A DNA stretch of 36,330 nt from Jimgerdemannia flammicorona (taxonomy: Eukaryota): positions 1 to 36,330 of the forward strand of contig RBNJ01000223.1 in NCBI GenBank assembly GCA_003990765.1, given 5' to 3'. Under the pieces are notes generated by a model. The model did no database searches. It saw only the letters and a list, made by a program, of their open reading frames with translations, and was not told the origin of the DNA. This document shows, piece after piece, positions 1-11,685 of this stretch (positions are counted from its first letter, which is position 1; the number at the start of each line of letters is the position of its first letter). Made by a program: the position numbers and the translations under genes.

Positions 1-17
1 AAAAAAAAAAAAAAAAA
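1..17 (+). repeat. Poly-A run at the window edge, possibly the tail of another LINE
   Basis: 17 consecutive A; the upstream context is outside the window. Confidence 0.4.
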
Positions 18-317
18 GAGGAATATCAGAAGAGATGAGAGGAGTATATAAAGAATTAGATCTAGATCTAGAAAGAAGGAAGAAGAAAGAGAATATAAAA
101 AAAGAAATGAGAGAGATTGCAGAAAGTAATGAATTATACTGAAATAAAGATAAGAGAGAGAATTAGAAAGATAAGAGACAGAATAAGAAGGTGGAAGAGA
201 CTAAGATTTCTATCTTATATTTGGGAGATATTGATAACTCTCAGTATATATTAGAAGAGAACAAGAGATATAACAGAGATGGAAAGTAGAAAAGAGTTAT
301 TGAGAATGAGATAAAAG

Positions 318-604
318 TAATATTCTCAAATAAATTGAATTAATTCAATTGAGGGTCTAATTTGAATCCTATTTTTCAAAATATAATAACTTAATAAAAA
401 TATATCTAAATTTAATAATCTTTAGCTTATTAGATTACTCTTATATAGAAGAATCTAATAAGTCAAAAATTATTAAATTTGGACATATATTTGTCAAGTT
501 ATTATATTTTGAAAAATAGAATTTAAATTAAATTTCAAATTGAATTAACCTTTGATTCAATTTAAATTGAATCAAATTAAACTTTCAATTTATTGAAAGT
601 ACTA
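318..604. mobile_element. AT-rich foldback element / MITE
   Basis: Arms 340-436 and 452-548 are reverse complements, with mostly transition mismatches. Outer inverted termini at ~318-339 and 584-604. Perfect 26-bp palindrome at 551-576. Flanked by direct repeat GATAAAAG (310-317, 605-612). Confidence 0.75.
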
Positions 605-1307
605 GATAAAAGTAATACTAGAGATCTAGATAGAGGATATAAGAATAACAAGAATAGAGAGAATATATTAAAGCTATTTAAATAAAGGAGAAGTAAAGAA
701 ATAGAGACTTAGATATATTTAATATATTATAGAAAAAGTAGAGTAATTTTATAAATATTATATTTAAGAAGATTATATTAGTAATAATATTAATAATAAT
801 ACTAGTTGAGAAGAAAAAATACCAAATAGATGAGAAAAGAATAACTAAAATTAGAAAGATAGTAAAAGAATATATATATATATTAGTTTTATATAATATT
901 ACATAGTGGGCACTAAGTTTTCCAAATATATGTATCAGATTCTCTTCAAGGTATATCTCTTAGACCAACTATAAGTTTCTTATAAGTAAGTTCTATTAGA
1001 GTATCTTCCTAAGGTCTTATAGTTCTTAAACTTCTTATCTCTAAACTATTCTGTTATCTCCTGGATTTACTTGCTTGAAATTGAGTAGAGAACTAGAACT
1101 TCTATACTTCTTAAGTAGTTGGAGACTTAAGTATTTGAATACTTAACTGCTGACTTTATTTCAAAAGAAATGAGAGGGGTATTTATATAAAATATAATTT
1201 AATAGTTGTTAAGTTATAAAATAAAATATAAATTCCAATAACTAAATAAGATATTTGAATATAGAAAACTTTAGATTGTAAGTACAAATTCAAGTATCTA
1301 TACAATT

Positions 1308-1410
1308 AGTTATATAAGATCAGAATGCTGAAATAATTTCTGAGTTATGTAAGATCAGAATACTGAAATAATTTCTGAGTTATGCAAGATCAGAATATTA
1401 GAAGAATTTC
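1308..1410. repeat. Tandem repeat, 3 x 35 bp
   Basis: AGTTATRYAAGATCAGAATRCTGAAATAATTTCTG units start at 1308, 1343 and 1378; the third unit is more diverged. Confidence 0.9.
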
Positions 1411-1608
1411 AACAGTTATATAAAGAACTTAGAGCAGAATGTTCAGGATCCTGGAGACTTTATCTTTATCACTATTATTAAGACTAAAGGTCAGAGATAG
1501 AATATATTTGAAGGAAATAAGATCAGTGAATATTTTGTCTATTTTATATATTTTACATATATCACATATTTTGATTAGCAGAATGATATCATTATATTCA
1601 GTAGTAGT

Positions 1609-1624
1609 AAGAAGAGCAAGGAGA
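1609..1624 (+). repeat. LINE-a target-site duplication, left copy
   Basis: AAGAAGAGCAAGGAGA, repeated exactly at 7515-7530. Confidence 0.92.
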
Positions 1625-1709
1625 CATCATCTCTTTCCAGTACCATTCAGGTTACACAACCTTTGGAAGGCACTTTCAACATCATTTTCAGAGAAAAGAG
1701 ACTAACAAC

Positions 1710-3733
1710 ATGACAATCAACAGGCAACCTGAGGTGCGTACTGGGCAGGGTGGCCCAAGCGCTTTTAACTGGCAGCAGGTGGAGAGGGGTCCAGGCCTGG
1801 GGGAGGTATGAGGGGCCTGCTGGCGGGTGGACATAGAAGGGGTGGAGGAGGGGGTGGAGAATCAGGATCTGGGAGGGCAAGCTTCATGGAGATGGTGAAG
1901 GGGAGATAGCAGGCATCAGGGCTGGAGGGCTGGCTGAGGAAGGGCAAAGAGACTGAGAAGGCAACAGTGCCAGGGGGAGTGGCCCTTGGAAAAGGGGGCA
2001 GTGGAGCTGGGGGAGTAGTGGCTGGGGGGGGTGTGACTGCTGATGGTGGTGGGACTGTTAATCTGGAAAAAAATCCAGATGTGATGGCTGATGGTGAGGC
2101 TGAGTGGCTGCAGCTTAGAAGACAAGGGGACTTGGCAGATGGTGTAATGGGTCTGGCAGTGGCCCCATTACTCAAGAAATCGATTTTAGCATTCGCAGTC
2201 ACACTGTGCTTCTGGGGCCTAGTGGTGATGGCAAAAATGGTGCTGGGGCTCATCACTAAGCAGGTGGTAGAAGCGGCATCTGTGAAGTTTTTGAAGGGAC
2301 TGGAAGGAGTGGAGGTGGGTTTTGAGGAGGTGGCACTACTGGAGGAGGCACTGAAGGTTGGATTGGTGGTTGGAGAGGTGTGTGTTCCAATGGCGTGGTG
2401 CCTGAAGTGGGACCCCAGGGTGGTCCAACTGCTGGTGAACGGAGTGCTGATGGTGACAGCAATGGAGACAAGGAAGAGAGTTGAGGATTTCATGACGGAA
2501 TATGGTGAGGTGGTGGATATCAGGTTCAGGGTCTGGAAAGGGACCTCACTCAGGACTGGTGATGTGGATGTGAGGATTTGGCTGGCTGGGAGAGAAGCCA
2601 CTGGGAAGATAAGAGATTGGCCTTTGGCAATGGTCTGGGGAGTAATCCTGTGTAAGGTGACAAGAGTGAAGGGAAGTGAGGAGGAGAAGGAGGATTTATT
2701 GGAAGTACTAGAAGAGCCGAGTTGTGCTGTGGAGAGGCAAGCGAAGGCTTGGGAGGCTTTTGTGGAGGCGACACACTTGGAGATGGTGGATGGAAAGCAG
2801 ATTCGAGTGACCAAGGAGCAGTGGGAAAAGGCTCAGAGGCGTAAGAGACAGAAGGAGTTGCTGGCCAAGCTGGATAGCAGACCACTGGGGGAGGCAAGCA
2901 AGGTGAAGGGTACAGGGGAAGCTGAAGCGAGTGTCTGGGCCAGTGAGGGGGAGGGGAAGGACAAGAAGGAGGCAGGGGAGGACAAGAAGAAGACTGGAAA
3001 GGACCTGTATGCAGATGGTATGCTAGAGGTATGGGAGGAGGACTGGGTGGACTCCCCTACCCCTACCCCTCTCATCAGGCATAGCCTGGCTTCCTGGAAT
3101 AGGGTGGTAGAAGATGTGCCAATGTGAGGAGCCCAGAGGGTGCAATTCGGAGTTCCAGAGGTGGCATATGGGAGACAGGTGGTGGCAGCTGGTGAGGAGG
3201 AACTGGTGGATGTCCTGGAAGTATGAGATGAGTCTACAAGTGCTGGAGCTGACACCACAATGTTGGATGGAGGGAGGCCAGCAACTCCAGGGGAGAAAGA
3301 GGTGGGGAATTTGCTTTGGATGTGCCAGATGATGAACAATTTAGCGGCAGAAGAGTTGGGGGAAGTGGACTTGCGAGTGATGAGTGATGAGCATTGGGCA
3401 GGGATACTGCAGAGGGATGGCGTAATAAAGACATTGAAGGCGGAAATTCTTACAGTGTACCTGGAGGAGGAAGGGTATGAGGTGGATAAGGAGAGGGAGG
3501 AGGAGATGGTGGTCATTGCTGGAGAAAGGGCTGAATACTGCTGGAACAAGCATCATGGACTACAGCTCTGGCAGGAGGTATGCATCGAATACTGAGAGGA
3601 GTTCGAGGAGAAGGCTGATAGAGAGATGAATGAACTGCTGGCTGGATTGGAGGCTCAGAGGGCAGAAGAGGAGGAGGTGGCTGCGGAACATAATTTGGAC
3701 AGGGTGCAGGAGGAGATGAGCATGGAGCAGTAG
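1710..3733 (+). pseudogene. LINE-a ORF1 with RRM-like core; stops and an early frameshift
   Basis: One frame covers 1967-3733 when TGA codons are read through. Segment VVQLLVNGV...YGEVVDIRFRVWKGTSLRTGDVDVRI is RRM-like. The terminal TAG is at the equivalent position in LINE-b (22498-22500). Confidence 0.75.
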
Positions 3734-3766
3734 AGGCTGATTGATGACATTACATATATCATCAAT

Positions 3767-6700
3767 ATGAACAGTACAACCAACATTTTCTCTTTGAATG
3801 TGAATGGGTTACAGGGTGCTTCTCGATGTAGGAACATTTTTACTTGGATGAAGGGATTGGAGGCCGATCTCTTCCTCTTGCAGGATGTCCGGTACGAAGA
3901 TGACTCTGATAGGTTAGAATGGACGAAGGAATGGAGAGGTGTGGTGATTTGGAAGGGCAAGGTTGAGATTTTGGTTAGAAAAGGTAGAGGGGAGATATAG
4001 AATGTACAGTGCTGGGGGGAGAGACTGGTCTGGGGAGAGTGGATTCAGGCAGGCTGGGGGCCAGTTATGGTTGGCTCCTGCTACTGCCCTGCAGTATGGG
4101 GTGAGAGAGTAGAGTGGGGGAAAGGCTTACAGGAGAGTGAATTACTTGCGGAGGCTGGAGTGGATGTGCTTGGGGGAGATTTCAATATGGTTAGGGATAT
4201 ACTGCTGGATAGAACAGATGGAGGACGAGGTGCTGAGAGCAGGAGTGGAGGACTGGTGGCATGGGAGGAAGTAGAAAGACTAAGTGCGCTATTGAATGCT
4301 GGAAGGGAGTGCTGGGGGAGTAGAAGGGTCTATACACATTGGGCAGGGGGTCTGGGGACTAGAATCGACTGGATTTTGATGGCCTGCTGCTGGGGACTAG
4401 ATGTTTGGAAGTCATTGGAGGTGGAATGGTGTCCATGGTTGGATCACTGGAGGCTTCTGGGACAGGGGTGCTTTGGGGGAAGTGGGGATGGGCCTGGACA
4501 TTGGTATCTCAATTTCTCTTTGTTAGATGACAAGACTCAGTAGGATGAGTGGGCTAAAGACATTCAACTGAGGGTAGAGAACTGGAGGCAGGAAGGGGCC
4601 TCAGTTGGGACTCGGTAGATGAGGATGAAGGAAATGGCCAGGATTTACTGGAGGGAGGCTGGCAAGGAGGCAGGGAAGCAGCAAAAATAAGAGTGTATTG
4701 GGCCTCCACCAGATTGACAAGGCTCCTGGAGGAGTGGGCAAGGCTGACAATATTGGAGGGAGAAGAAGATTGGAGATTAATGAGGGTGAAAATAGAGGTT
4801 GGGGAACTTCAACAGGTGCTGCAGGAGGAGGAAGAGGCAAGGGTACAGAGCTTGGCAGTACATCTTTGCTGGCAGGATCTGGAGGAAGATGAGAGGCCTT
4901 CCAAGCTTCTTACAAGGGCCCTTAGGGCAAGGTGGGTCCAGCAACAGTGGGAAGGAGTATTGGACTCTGATGGTGTACTGGTGCATGGTGTATAGGACAT
5001 TCTTGGATCACTGAAGGAGAGATGGAGTGGATTGTGGAGTGAGGAGGAGGGTGGGGCAGATGTCGCTACAATTGAATGAACATTGGAGGATTGGCACCCA
5101 CCACAAGTTAAAGGGCTAGGGGACCTGATGATGCCTGTACAGGAGGATGAGATCCACCAGGTTCTTGCCACAACAATACCCAGTATAGCACCTGGAGAGG
5201 ATGGTCTGCCCTGGGACTTTTGGAAGAAAATGGTTGGAGTCCCAGGGGTGATGGAAGAGATGACAGTATTGTGTGACCTTATTCTACAAACAGGGAGATG
5301 GGTGGGGGAGCAGGACCTTAGGCTGGTGACACTGTTTTATAAAAACAAAGGAAGGCAGGAGGATTGGAAGAACTGGTGGCCAATAATATTGCTATATATG
5401 GACAGAAAGTTGGTAACTAAGGTGGTGGTGGCAAGACTACAGAAGGTGGCCCAGCAAGTCATGGGTGTTGAGCAGAGGGGATTTGTGGGTGGTCGGCTCA
5501 TCAGAGATGGCACTGCCTAGGTGTATAGCATTATCGAAGGGGTAAGGGCCTGTGGACTAGATGGGCGTCTAGTCTTCTTGGACCAGAAGAAGGCATACGA
5601 CCAGGTGCAAAGAGTCTGGCTGGAGAAAGTTTTAGATAGAATGGGGGTACTGCATCAATTCTGGTCAATAATGGTCAGCCTACTGAAAGGGAGTAGGGCT
5701 GCACTCATGTGTAATGGACATAGAGGGGTAGCATTCCCCTTGGGTAGGGGGGTGCCCCAGGGGGATCCATTGTCCCCCATTTTGTATACTCTTTCCCTAG
5801 AACCACTTATGGACTGAATTAGGTGGAGGATAGTGGGGCTCTCTGTCTTTGGCATAGGATGGAAGGTTGGGGCCTTTGCTGACAACATGGTGGTGGGTTT
5901 GGGTTTGATTGCTGATGTTGAGGAGCTTAAGAGAACTGTGGAGTGGTATGAGGAGCATTCTGGAGCTAAGCTGAACTGGCATAAGTGTGAGACGATGGTA
6001 CTTGGTAACAGTCTGGTGGGAGGGGAAGTTATAGGAACAATTGTCCCCACTGGTGAAGCAGTGCAGTACTTAGGTATCTACTTGTCAGTCTATGGGTCAG
6101 TTCTGCCCAAGCTTTGGTGGGAGCAAAGGATTGAAATCTGGGAGGAGACTCTGCGGAGTTGGGGGGGAAGACATTTTTCTCTGGCAGAGTGGGTCTCGAT
6201 TTTGAATGTCTACTGGCTGCCAAAGTTGTGGTACCTGGCATATCATCTGGACTTCCCAGCCTGGGTGGTGAAGAGATTGATGAAGTTGGCAAAGGGATGG
6301 ATTTGGGCTGGCAGGCGGAGTCAAATTAGTTGGGAGACCTTGTCCCTACCAGTGGCAAGAGGTGGTCTTGAGCTGGTTGACTTTCCAAAATGGTTACACT
6401 GCTTGAGAGCATGGTGGCTGAAGAGGGTGGTGGAGTTGAGAGGAGGTGGATGGGTTCCTCTGTTACAGAAGATATGGGAGAGGCAGGTATCGCCAAGGGG
6501 CTCAACTGGTGATCTCCTCTCCTTGGTTGGGCTTCAGAACACTGCCCAACTACGATATAAAGGATTTTGATGGGGGATTGCAGAAGGAGTGCACCGCATT
6601 GGTATTTGTTGGCAGGGGAATGAAGGCGAGGAGGATTGGGACCCGGCAATATGGAGATGGGATCGTATACTGCTGGGTGGTGCTCCTTTAGTTGAGTTTG

Positions 6701-7422
6701 ACATCGGTGATGGAATGGAATGCCAAAGGGGACCAGGCCAGGATCTGTGGCCTAGTGGTTGGCAAGGAGTTGGAATTGGCGAAGAGTGGAACTGGTATGG
6801 TGTTTGGACCTGGAGTGCTGCAGTGAGAGCATGGCTGCCACCAAAGTACTGGGTGATCTGGTGGCGTATGCTGTGGAGGAATGTTATGCTCAACTTTCAC
6901 TCAGGGCATCTTGTTATAGGGGGTTGCTTCGACTGTGAGGAGTGCTATGATATAGGGCAGGAGGGGGAGTATGTACAGATGCCAGAACATTGGCTAGGAG
7001 AGTGTGAGGTGTTAGGGGATTTTTGGCAGACAATTAGGGACTGCTTAGGGGTACAGAATAGGGGTGATGAAGTACGGGGGCAGTGGGAGGACTTGAGGGA
7101 TAGATTGGTAGGGAGAATAGAGAAGGAGTGGCTTACTTTAGGTTGGGCTTTGGCTATTTGGGTGGGGCTGGCCAGTCATTGGCTATTTGTTTTTGAGGAT
7201 GGGAGGAGACAGAGCTTGGGGGACTGGCTGCTGCGATGGCATAGGCTTATGGAAGACACCTTAACAGGCTGATGGCTGGGTTGGGGGATGCGGGGTGGTC
7301 AGAGACACTGCTTAGTGGAGAAAATTTGTAAGCAAAGTGGGGGGAGAGTTGGGGTAGTTGGTGAAAGGGTGATTTTCATTTGTGAGGAAGTAGGGAGGGG
7401 CCCCCCTGTGGGGATTGGATAG
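3767..7422 (+). pseudogene. LINE-a ORF2: AP endonuclease, reverse transcriptase and C-terminal Cys/His motif
   Basis: IFSLNVNGL, LFLLQD, GGDFN, RIDWI, LDH (APE); APGEDG, PIILL, LDQKKAYD, GVPQGDPLSP, AFADN, YLGI (RT); CFDC...EHWLGEC. Multiple stops and frameshifts. Confidence 0.93.
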
Positions 7423-7458
7423 TGGGTCAGAATGATGTATATTTACTCATAAACTGGT

Positions 7459-7481
7459 AATAAAGGCGGAGTCTAAGTGAC

Positions 7482-7516
<35 letters not shown>
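7459..7516 (+). terminator. Polyadenylation signal and poly-A tail of LINE-a
   Basis: AATAAA at 7459-7464; 32-A run at 7485-7516. Confidence 0.85.
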
Positions 7517-7518
<2 letters not shown>

Positions 7519-7530
7519 AGAGCAAGGAGA
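7515..7530 (+). repeat. LINE-a target-site duplication, right copy
   Basis: Identical to 1609-1624. Confidence 0.92.
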
Positions 7531-8212
7531 TGAGAGGCTCTCCAATTTATGAGGTTCTCCTCTACAAAGTAGGGAATAAAGATAGGATCTTGAGAAGATC
7601 TAATCTGGATACTGGAGCCTTGAAATACTAAGATTAATTCTTATAGGAATTAATCTAAATTATCCTAGAGAATGGAATTCCAGAACTTTTCTATCTTATC
7701 ACTTTTGAGAGTAATGATGAATTAGGCTTCTGTGGCCACTATAGCCTCCAGTATATTTATATGGTAGGCTGACAATTTCTTGAAGTCTGAGACTTTAGTA
7801 TACTCCAAGTTAGAGATTGACTAAGATATATACCTGAAGATCTGATAGATCTTTTTAGCTACCCTCAATTTATATGTATTCATAGGAGTGATATCTTATA
7901 TCTCTTGGAGACTGGTCTGAGAGAATTCCTAGTAGAGGAGGTTTCTTATTTCATATTTCTGCTATATTCAGAGGCATTTGGTAGTAATGGTGATCCTTGT
8001 TTCCATTTTATAGTGATAGAGAATAAAGTGGTAAGGGTCATCAGTACTCAGGTTGAGACTAGAAGTCCTTCTAGTATAGGTTCTCATAGCTCTTCTGATA
8101 TCTTAGAATATCTTTTCTTGAACTGAGAAGCCTTGGTAGTTCCTGAACTTTGAGGTTTCATGGGTGATAGATATTTTGTTTTTTGTTTTTTGTTTTTTGT
8201 TTTGGTAGACAT
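7531..8212 (-). pseudogene. Accessory ORF of element D (unknown function); C-terminus continues left of LINE-a
   Basis: Read-through translation LNLSTDDPYHFILYHY...KYEIRNLL...RVAKKIYQIF...NLEY..SDFKKLS aligns without gaps to the ORF at 23728-24630. KIFTDLISF near 1510-1540 matches ELFADLIDF in B. Confidence 0.75.
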
Positions 8213-8823
8213 TTTGTTTATAGTGAGTCTTTGAACTATTTTGAGATTTTATAAGTCTTGTTTGAGTTGCTGCTACTACAGTTCCTTAGTTCTTCTTTTA
8301 TATTCCTTGATATCTATCTTGTAGTTGTAATGACTTATGATTGGTCATTATTACTCATCTTATAGCCTAGATGAGTCATATTGTATTATCTTCTTATACT
8401 CTAATCTAGTAGCTTGTAAGAAAAGACTGTTTTCTGTAATAATATCACCATTCTGAGGTCACTGTTATCTTTCTCCTGAATAAGGATCTTCTCTTGAATG
8501 TCCTTATTCATTAGTTCAGTCTGAAAAATTTGCTAATCTTATAACCTCTGGCAGGGGGTCAAAAAGTGGTATTTATGGACTGGCATCTTTCTTATGTATT
8601 TTGGCATAATGGTGAAGAGTTGCTCCCTTTATATAGAGCAAGGGTCTAATTCTGATCTTGACTAATCAGTTGATAGTTCAAACTCCTCTGACTTTGAAAG
8701 TCTCATAGATGAGTGGTTACTGATGCTATATCTCTTAAAAAATAGTTCAGACAGATTGTCTGCTGGTCACAAGATATACTGTTATGATTTATAAACTAGA
8801 ACCTTATGGGTAGTCATCACATT

Positions 8824-10139
8824 TTACTTCTCTTGTATAGGTTCATAGTACTTCTTAAGTCTGTTCTTATATACTATAGTAGGCAGTATAGTCTCTGAGA
8901 GTTTTCTAAGCCAGAAGGTAGTTCTCTTGATATTCTATATATAGAAGAGTTCTTTCTATTTGGGCTCCAATTTTTATAACCATGAGGCTTTTACTATATT
9001 TGATACAGTAGAACCTTTTCTCTGATTTTAATGAGTTCTAGGGTCTTGTAATTCTTTTCTGCATTCTTTCTTATTAGCACTTGTGACTTGATGATATAAT
9101 CCTCTGCCTTCTTTCTGATTTGATATAGTCTCTGAATTTCTGAGTCAATCCATCACCAAGTTAGGTCTAGATTTGTAGCTAAGATTCCATTAGAATCTTC
9201 TTCTCTAAAGAGCAGTTCTCTTAAGATAAAGTGTATACTCTATGACTATATATCTCATAGAATAGAGAGAGCAGTTTGGGAGATAGTTATCCCAATTCTC
9301 ATATATATCTGAGATCTTGGCCAAGATATTCTTAAAGATCTTATTAGTTCTTTCTATCTATCTATTTTCTTGAGGATGATATATAGTAGTCTTGATATGC
9401 TGAATCTTGTAGTTTTGATATATTATCTTATAGAATCTATTGACAAATTCTATACTATGGTCTGTAGTAATTTGTCTTGATGTCTTATATGTAGTAGCAG
9501 ATGATTTCTCAGTATAAAAAGTCAGTAATAGAGAGAGCATTGGCTTCTTGTAATGCTCCTGCTTTTATCTATTTAGTAAAGAGATCTATAATAACTATGA
9601 TATAGTGGTTTCTTGATAGAGTTACTAGTAGTGGTCTAATGATATCTATTGCAATATAGTAGAAAGGAATAGATTCAATTCTTGATGACCTGGATATCTA
9701 GTCTTACTGATCTTATTTCTATTTTTGACACTTATCACACTCTTTGACAAATTGGTGCAGATTCTCTTCTATCTTAGACCACTATATAGTTCTTCTTGCC
9801 TTATTATATATATTGGTTCCTCTTAGGTATCCTTGTTCATATACTTCTTTCATTACTTGATACTTTTTGTATTCAAGTATAATGAGCTTTCCTCCTTTTC
9901 TGAGTATGATGTTATCTAGTTTGAATTGTTTCTAAGTCTAGTTGATAATAATAATAGTTCAGAATTCAAGGTGGTTCTGCTCAAGATAGCTAATTAATCT
10001 ATAGTATAGCTTCTTATTCATGTTAAATAGTCTTGATGAGAGTGTTTCAGGATATCCTTAAAAGTGTATCAGTATTGGCATTAGTTCTTCCTAAGTAGTA
10101 TTTGATAGTATAGTTATACTCTTGCATCTTTCTCTGCTA
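8824..10139 (-). pseudogene. Element D pol fragment: RNase H C-terminus and integrase
   Basis: KMQEYNYTIKY..G.TNANTDTL; FVKECDKCQK (H2C2 region); IAIDII...NHYIIVIIDLFTK; ITTDH; TTIYHPQEN. Heavily mutated. Confidence 0.85.
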
Positions 10140-10144
10140 TAATT

Positions 10145-11685
10145 CACATTATATACACTTTTACAACATACTTTCAAATTGTTTATTAGAGAAAGATATT
10201 AAGGCAATATCAACCAGCAAGTAAGCCAATGTATGTACTAGGTTGGGTGGACCTGGGGCCTTCGACTGGCAGTATGTCGGGAGAGGGTATGGGCTGGGGA
10301 TGGGGTCTTTCAGTGGCTCAAGTGGGCAGGACAGCTTGGGCAGTAGAGGAGGTGCTGGTGGGGGGGCTGGCGGGTGGTAGGGAAGGAGCTTTGTGGACAT
10401 GCTGAGGACTGGGGATTGGCTGATGGGAACCTGTAGTGGACAGGCAGGAGGGAAGGGAAAGCAGAAGGTTGGGGATGCTGAGGGAGCTGGGTCTTTACTG
10501 GTGGGAGGTAGAGGTAGTGGAGTAGCTGCTGGAGATAGTGGCAGGACTACTGATGGTGGCATGACAGCGAATTAGGAAAAAAAAAAAAGATGTGACAGCT
10601 GATGGCCAGAGGGGACAGGGGTCCCTGATGTGGAAGGGAGACCTGGTAGATGGTATAATGGGGCTGGTGGTGGCCCCATTGCTCAAGAAGTCAATCTCAG
10701 AGTTTGTGGCTACCTTGTGCTTCCAGGGCTTGGCAGTGATGGTGAGGATAGTCCTGGGGCTGATTTCAAAGCAGGTGGCTGGGGCAGCCTTAGTGAAGTT
10801 CTTGAAGGGTTTGGAGGAGGTTGAGGTGGGCTTTGAGGAAGTGGGCCCACTGGATGAGGCCCTGAAGACTGGAGTAGTAGTTGGGGAGGTGGTGGTCTCT
10901 ATGGTGTGATGCTTGAGGTGGGACCCCAGAGTGGTGTAGCTTCTAGTGAGAGGAGTGCCCACAGTGATTAAGGAGGAGACTAGGAGGAGGGTGGAGGAGG
11001 TGATGATAGAGTATGGTGATGTGGTGGACATTGGCTTTCAGATGTGGGAGGGGATAATGTTTCAGATGGGTAATGTTGATGTCAGGATTTAGCTGGCAGG
11101 GAAGGAGGCCACAGGGAAGACGAGTAACTGACCCTCAGTACTGATGTGGGGGGTATTTGTCTGTAAGGTGTCAAGGGTGAAGGGGAGTGAAGAGGAGGAG
11201 AAGGAGGACTTGTTGGAGGTACTGGAGGAGTTGAGTGGTGCTGTGGAGAGGAGGGCAAAAGCCTGGAAGCTATATGAGGAGTTGATGCATCTGGAGGTTG
11301 TGGATGGGAAGCATGTCTGTACTGACAGGAAGCAGTGGGAGTAGGCCCAGGGACACAAGAGGCAGAGGGAGCTGTTGGCTAGTATAACAGGAGGGGGAGA
11401 GAAGAAGTTGGTTGGAGCTGAGAAGAATAAAGGTATCAAAGCCAGCATCTGGACTAGTGAAGGAGGAGAGAAGGTGGAGGCAAATGAGAAAGAGGCTGGG
11501 AAGATGCTGGGCAAGGATCCATATGCTGATGGTACCTTTGAAGTCTGGAAGTAGGAGTTGGATAGCACCCCCCCCCCACTTATCAGGAGGGGCTCAGTTG
11601 GGAAGAGAGGAGCAGTGGAGGATGTGCAGATGCAGGGGGCCCAGCGAGTTCACTTTGGGGTCCCAGATGTGGTGAAAGGGGGCCA
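10145..11685 (+). mobile_element. LINE-b 5' part (5'UTR and ORF1 pseudogene), a diverged relative of LINE-a
   Basis: GDLVDGIMGLVVAPLLKKSI...FLKGLEEVEVGFEEV and CKVSRVKGSEEEEKEDLLEVLEE match LINE-a ORF1. The start is approximate. Confidence 0.88.

Larger units (their letters stand above)
1625..7514 (+). mobile_element. Full-length non-LTR retrotransposon LINE-a (L1/Tx1-like), inactivated
   Basis: ORF1 plus ORF2 (endonuclease-RT), AATAAA at 7459, poly-A at 7485-7516, 16-bp TSD. Confidence 0.93.
892..10144 (-). mobile_element. Old degenerate Ty3/Gypsy element D (3' half), interrupted by LINE-a and cut by LINE-b
   Basis: RNase H end plus integrase at 8824-10139; accessory ORF at 8212-7531 continuing at 1624-~1430; TATA motif TATATAAATACCCC near 1176-1189 resembling those in LTRs A and B. 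The left boundary is approximate. Confidence 0.65.

Noticed and set aside
18..890. Coding or TE identity of the purine-rich flanks around the foldback element
   Set aside because: Too eroded; possibly an ancient LINE relic, but no motif could be recovered.
1308..1410. Possible CRISPR array
   Set aside because: The units are contiguous with no unique spacers, there are no cas genes, and the context is eukaryotic.
1765..3549. Long minus-strand ORFs (349 aa and 238 aa) rich in Ser/Pro/Thr
   Set aside because: Antisense shadows of the G-rich LINE ORF1; low complexity and no motifs.
3125..3595. Alternative genetic code explaining the in-frame TGA codons
   Set aside because: All three stop types and frameshifts occur, and they differ between paralogous copies, which fits deamination decay.
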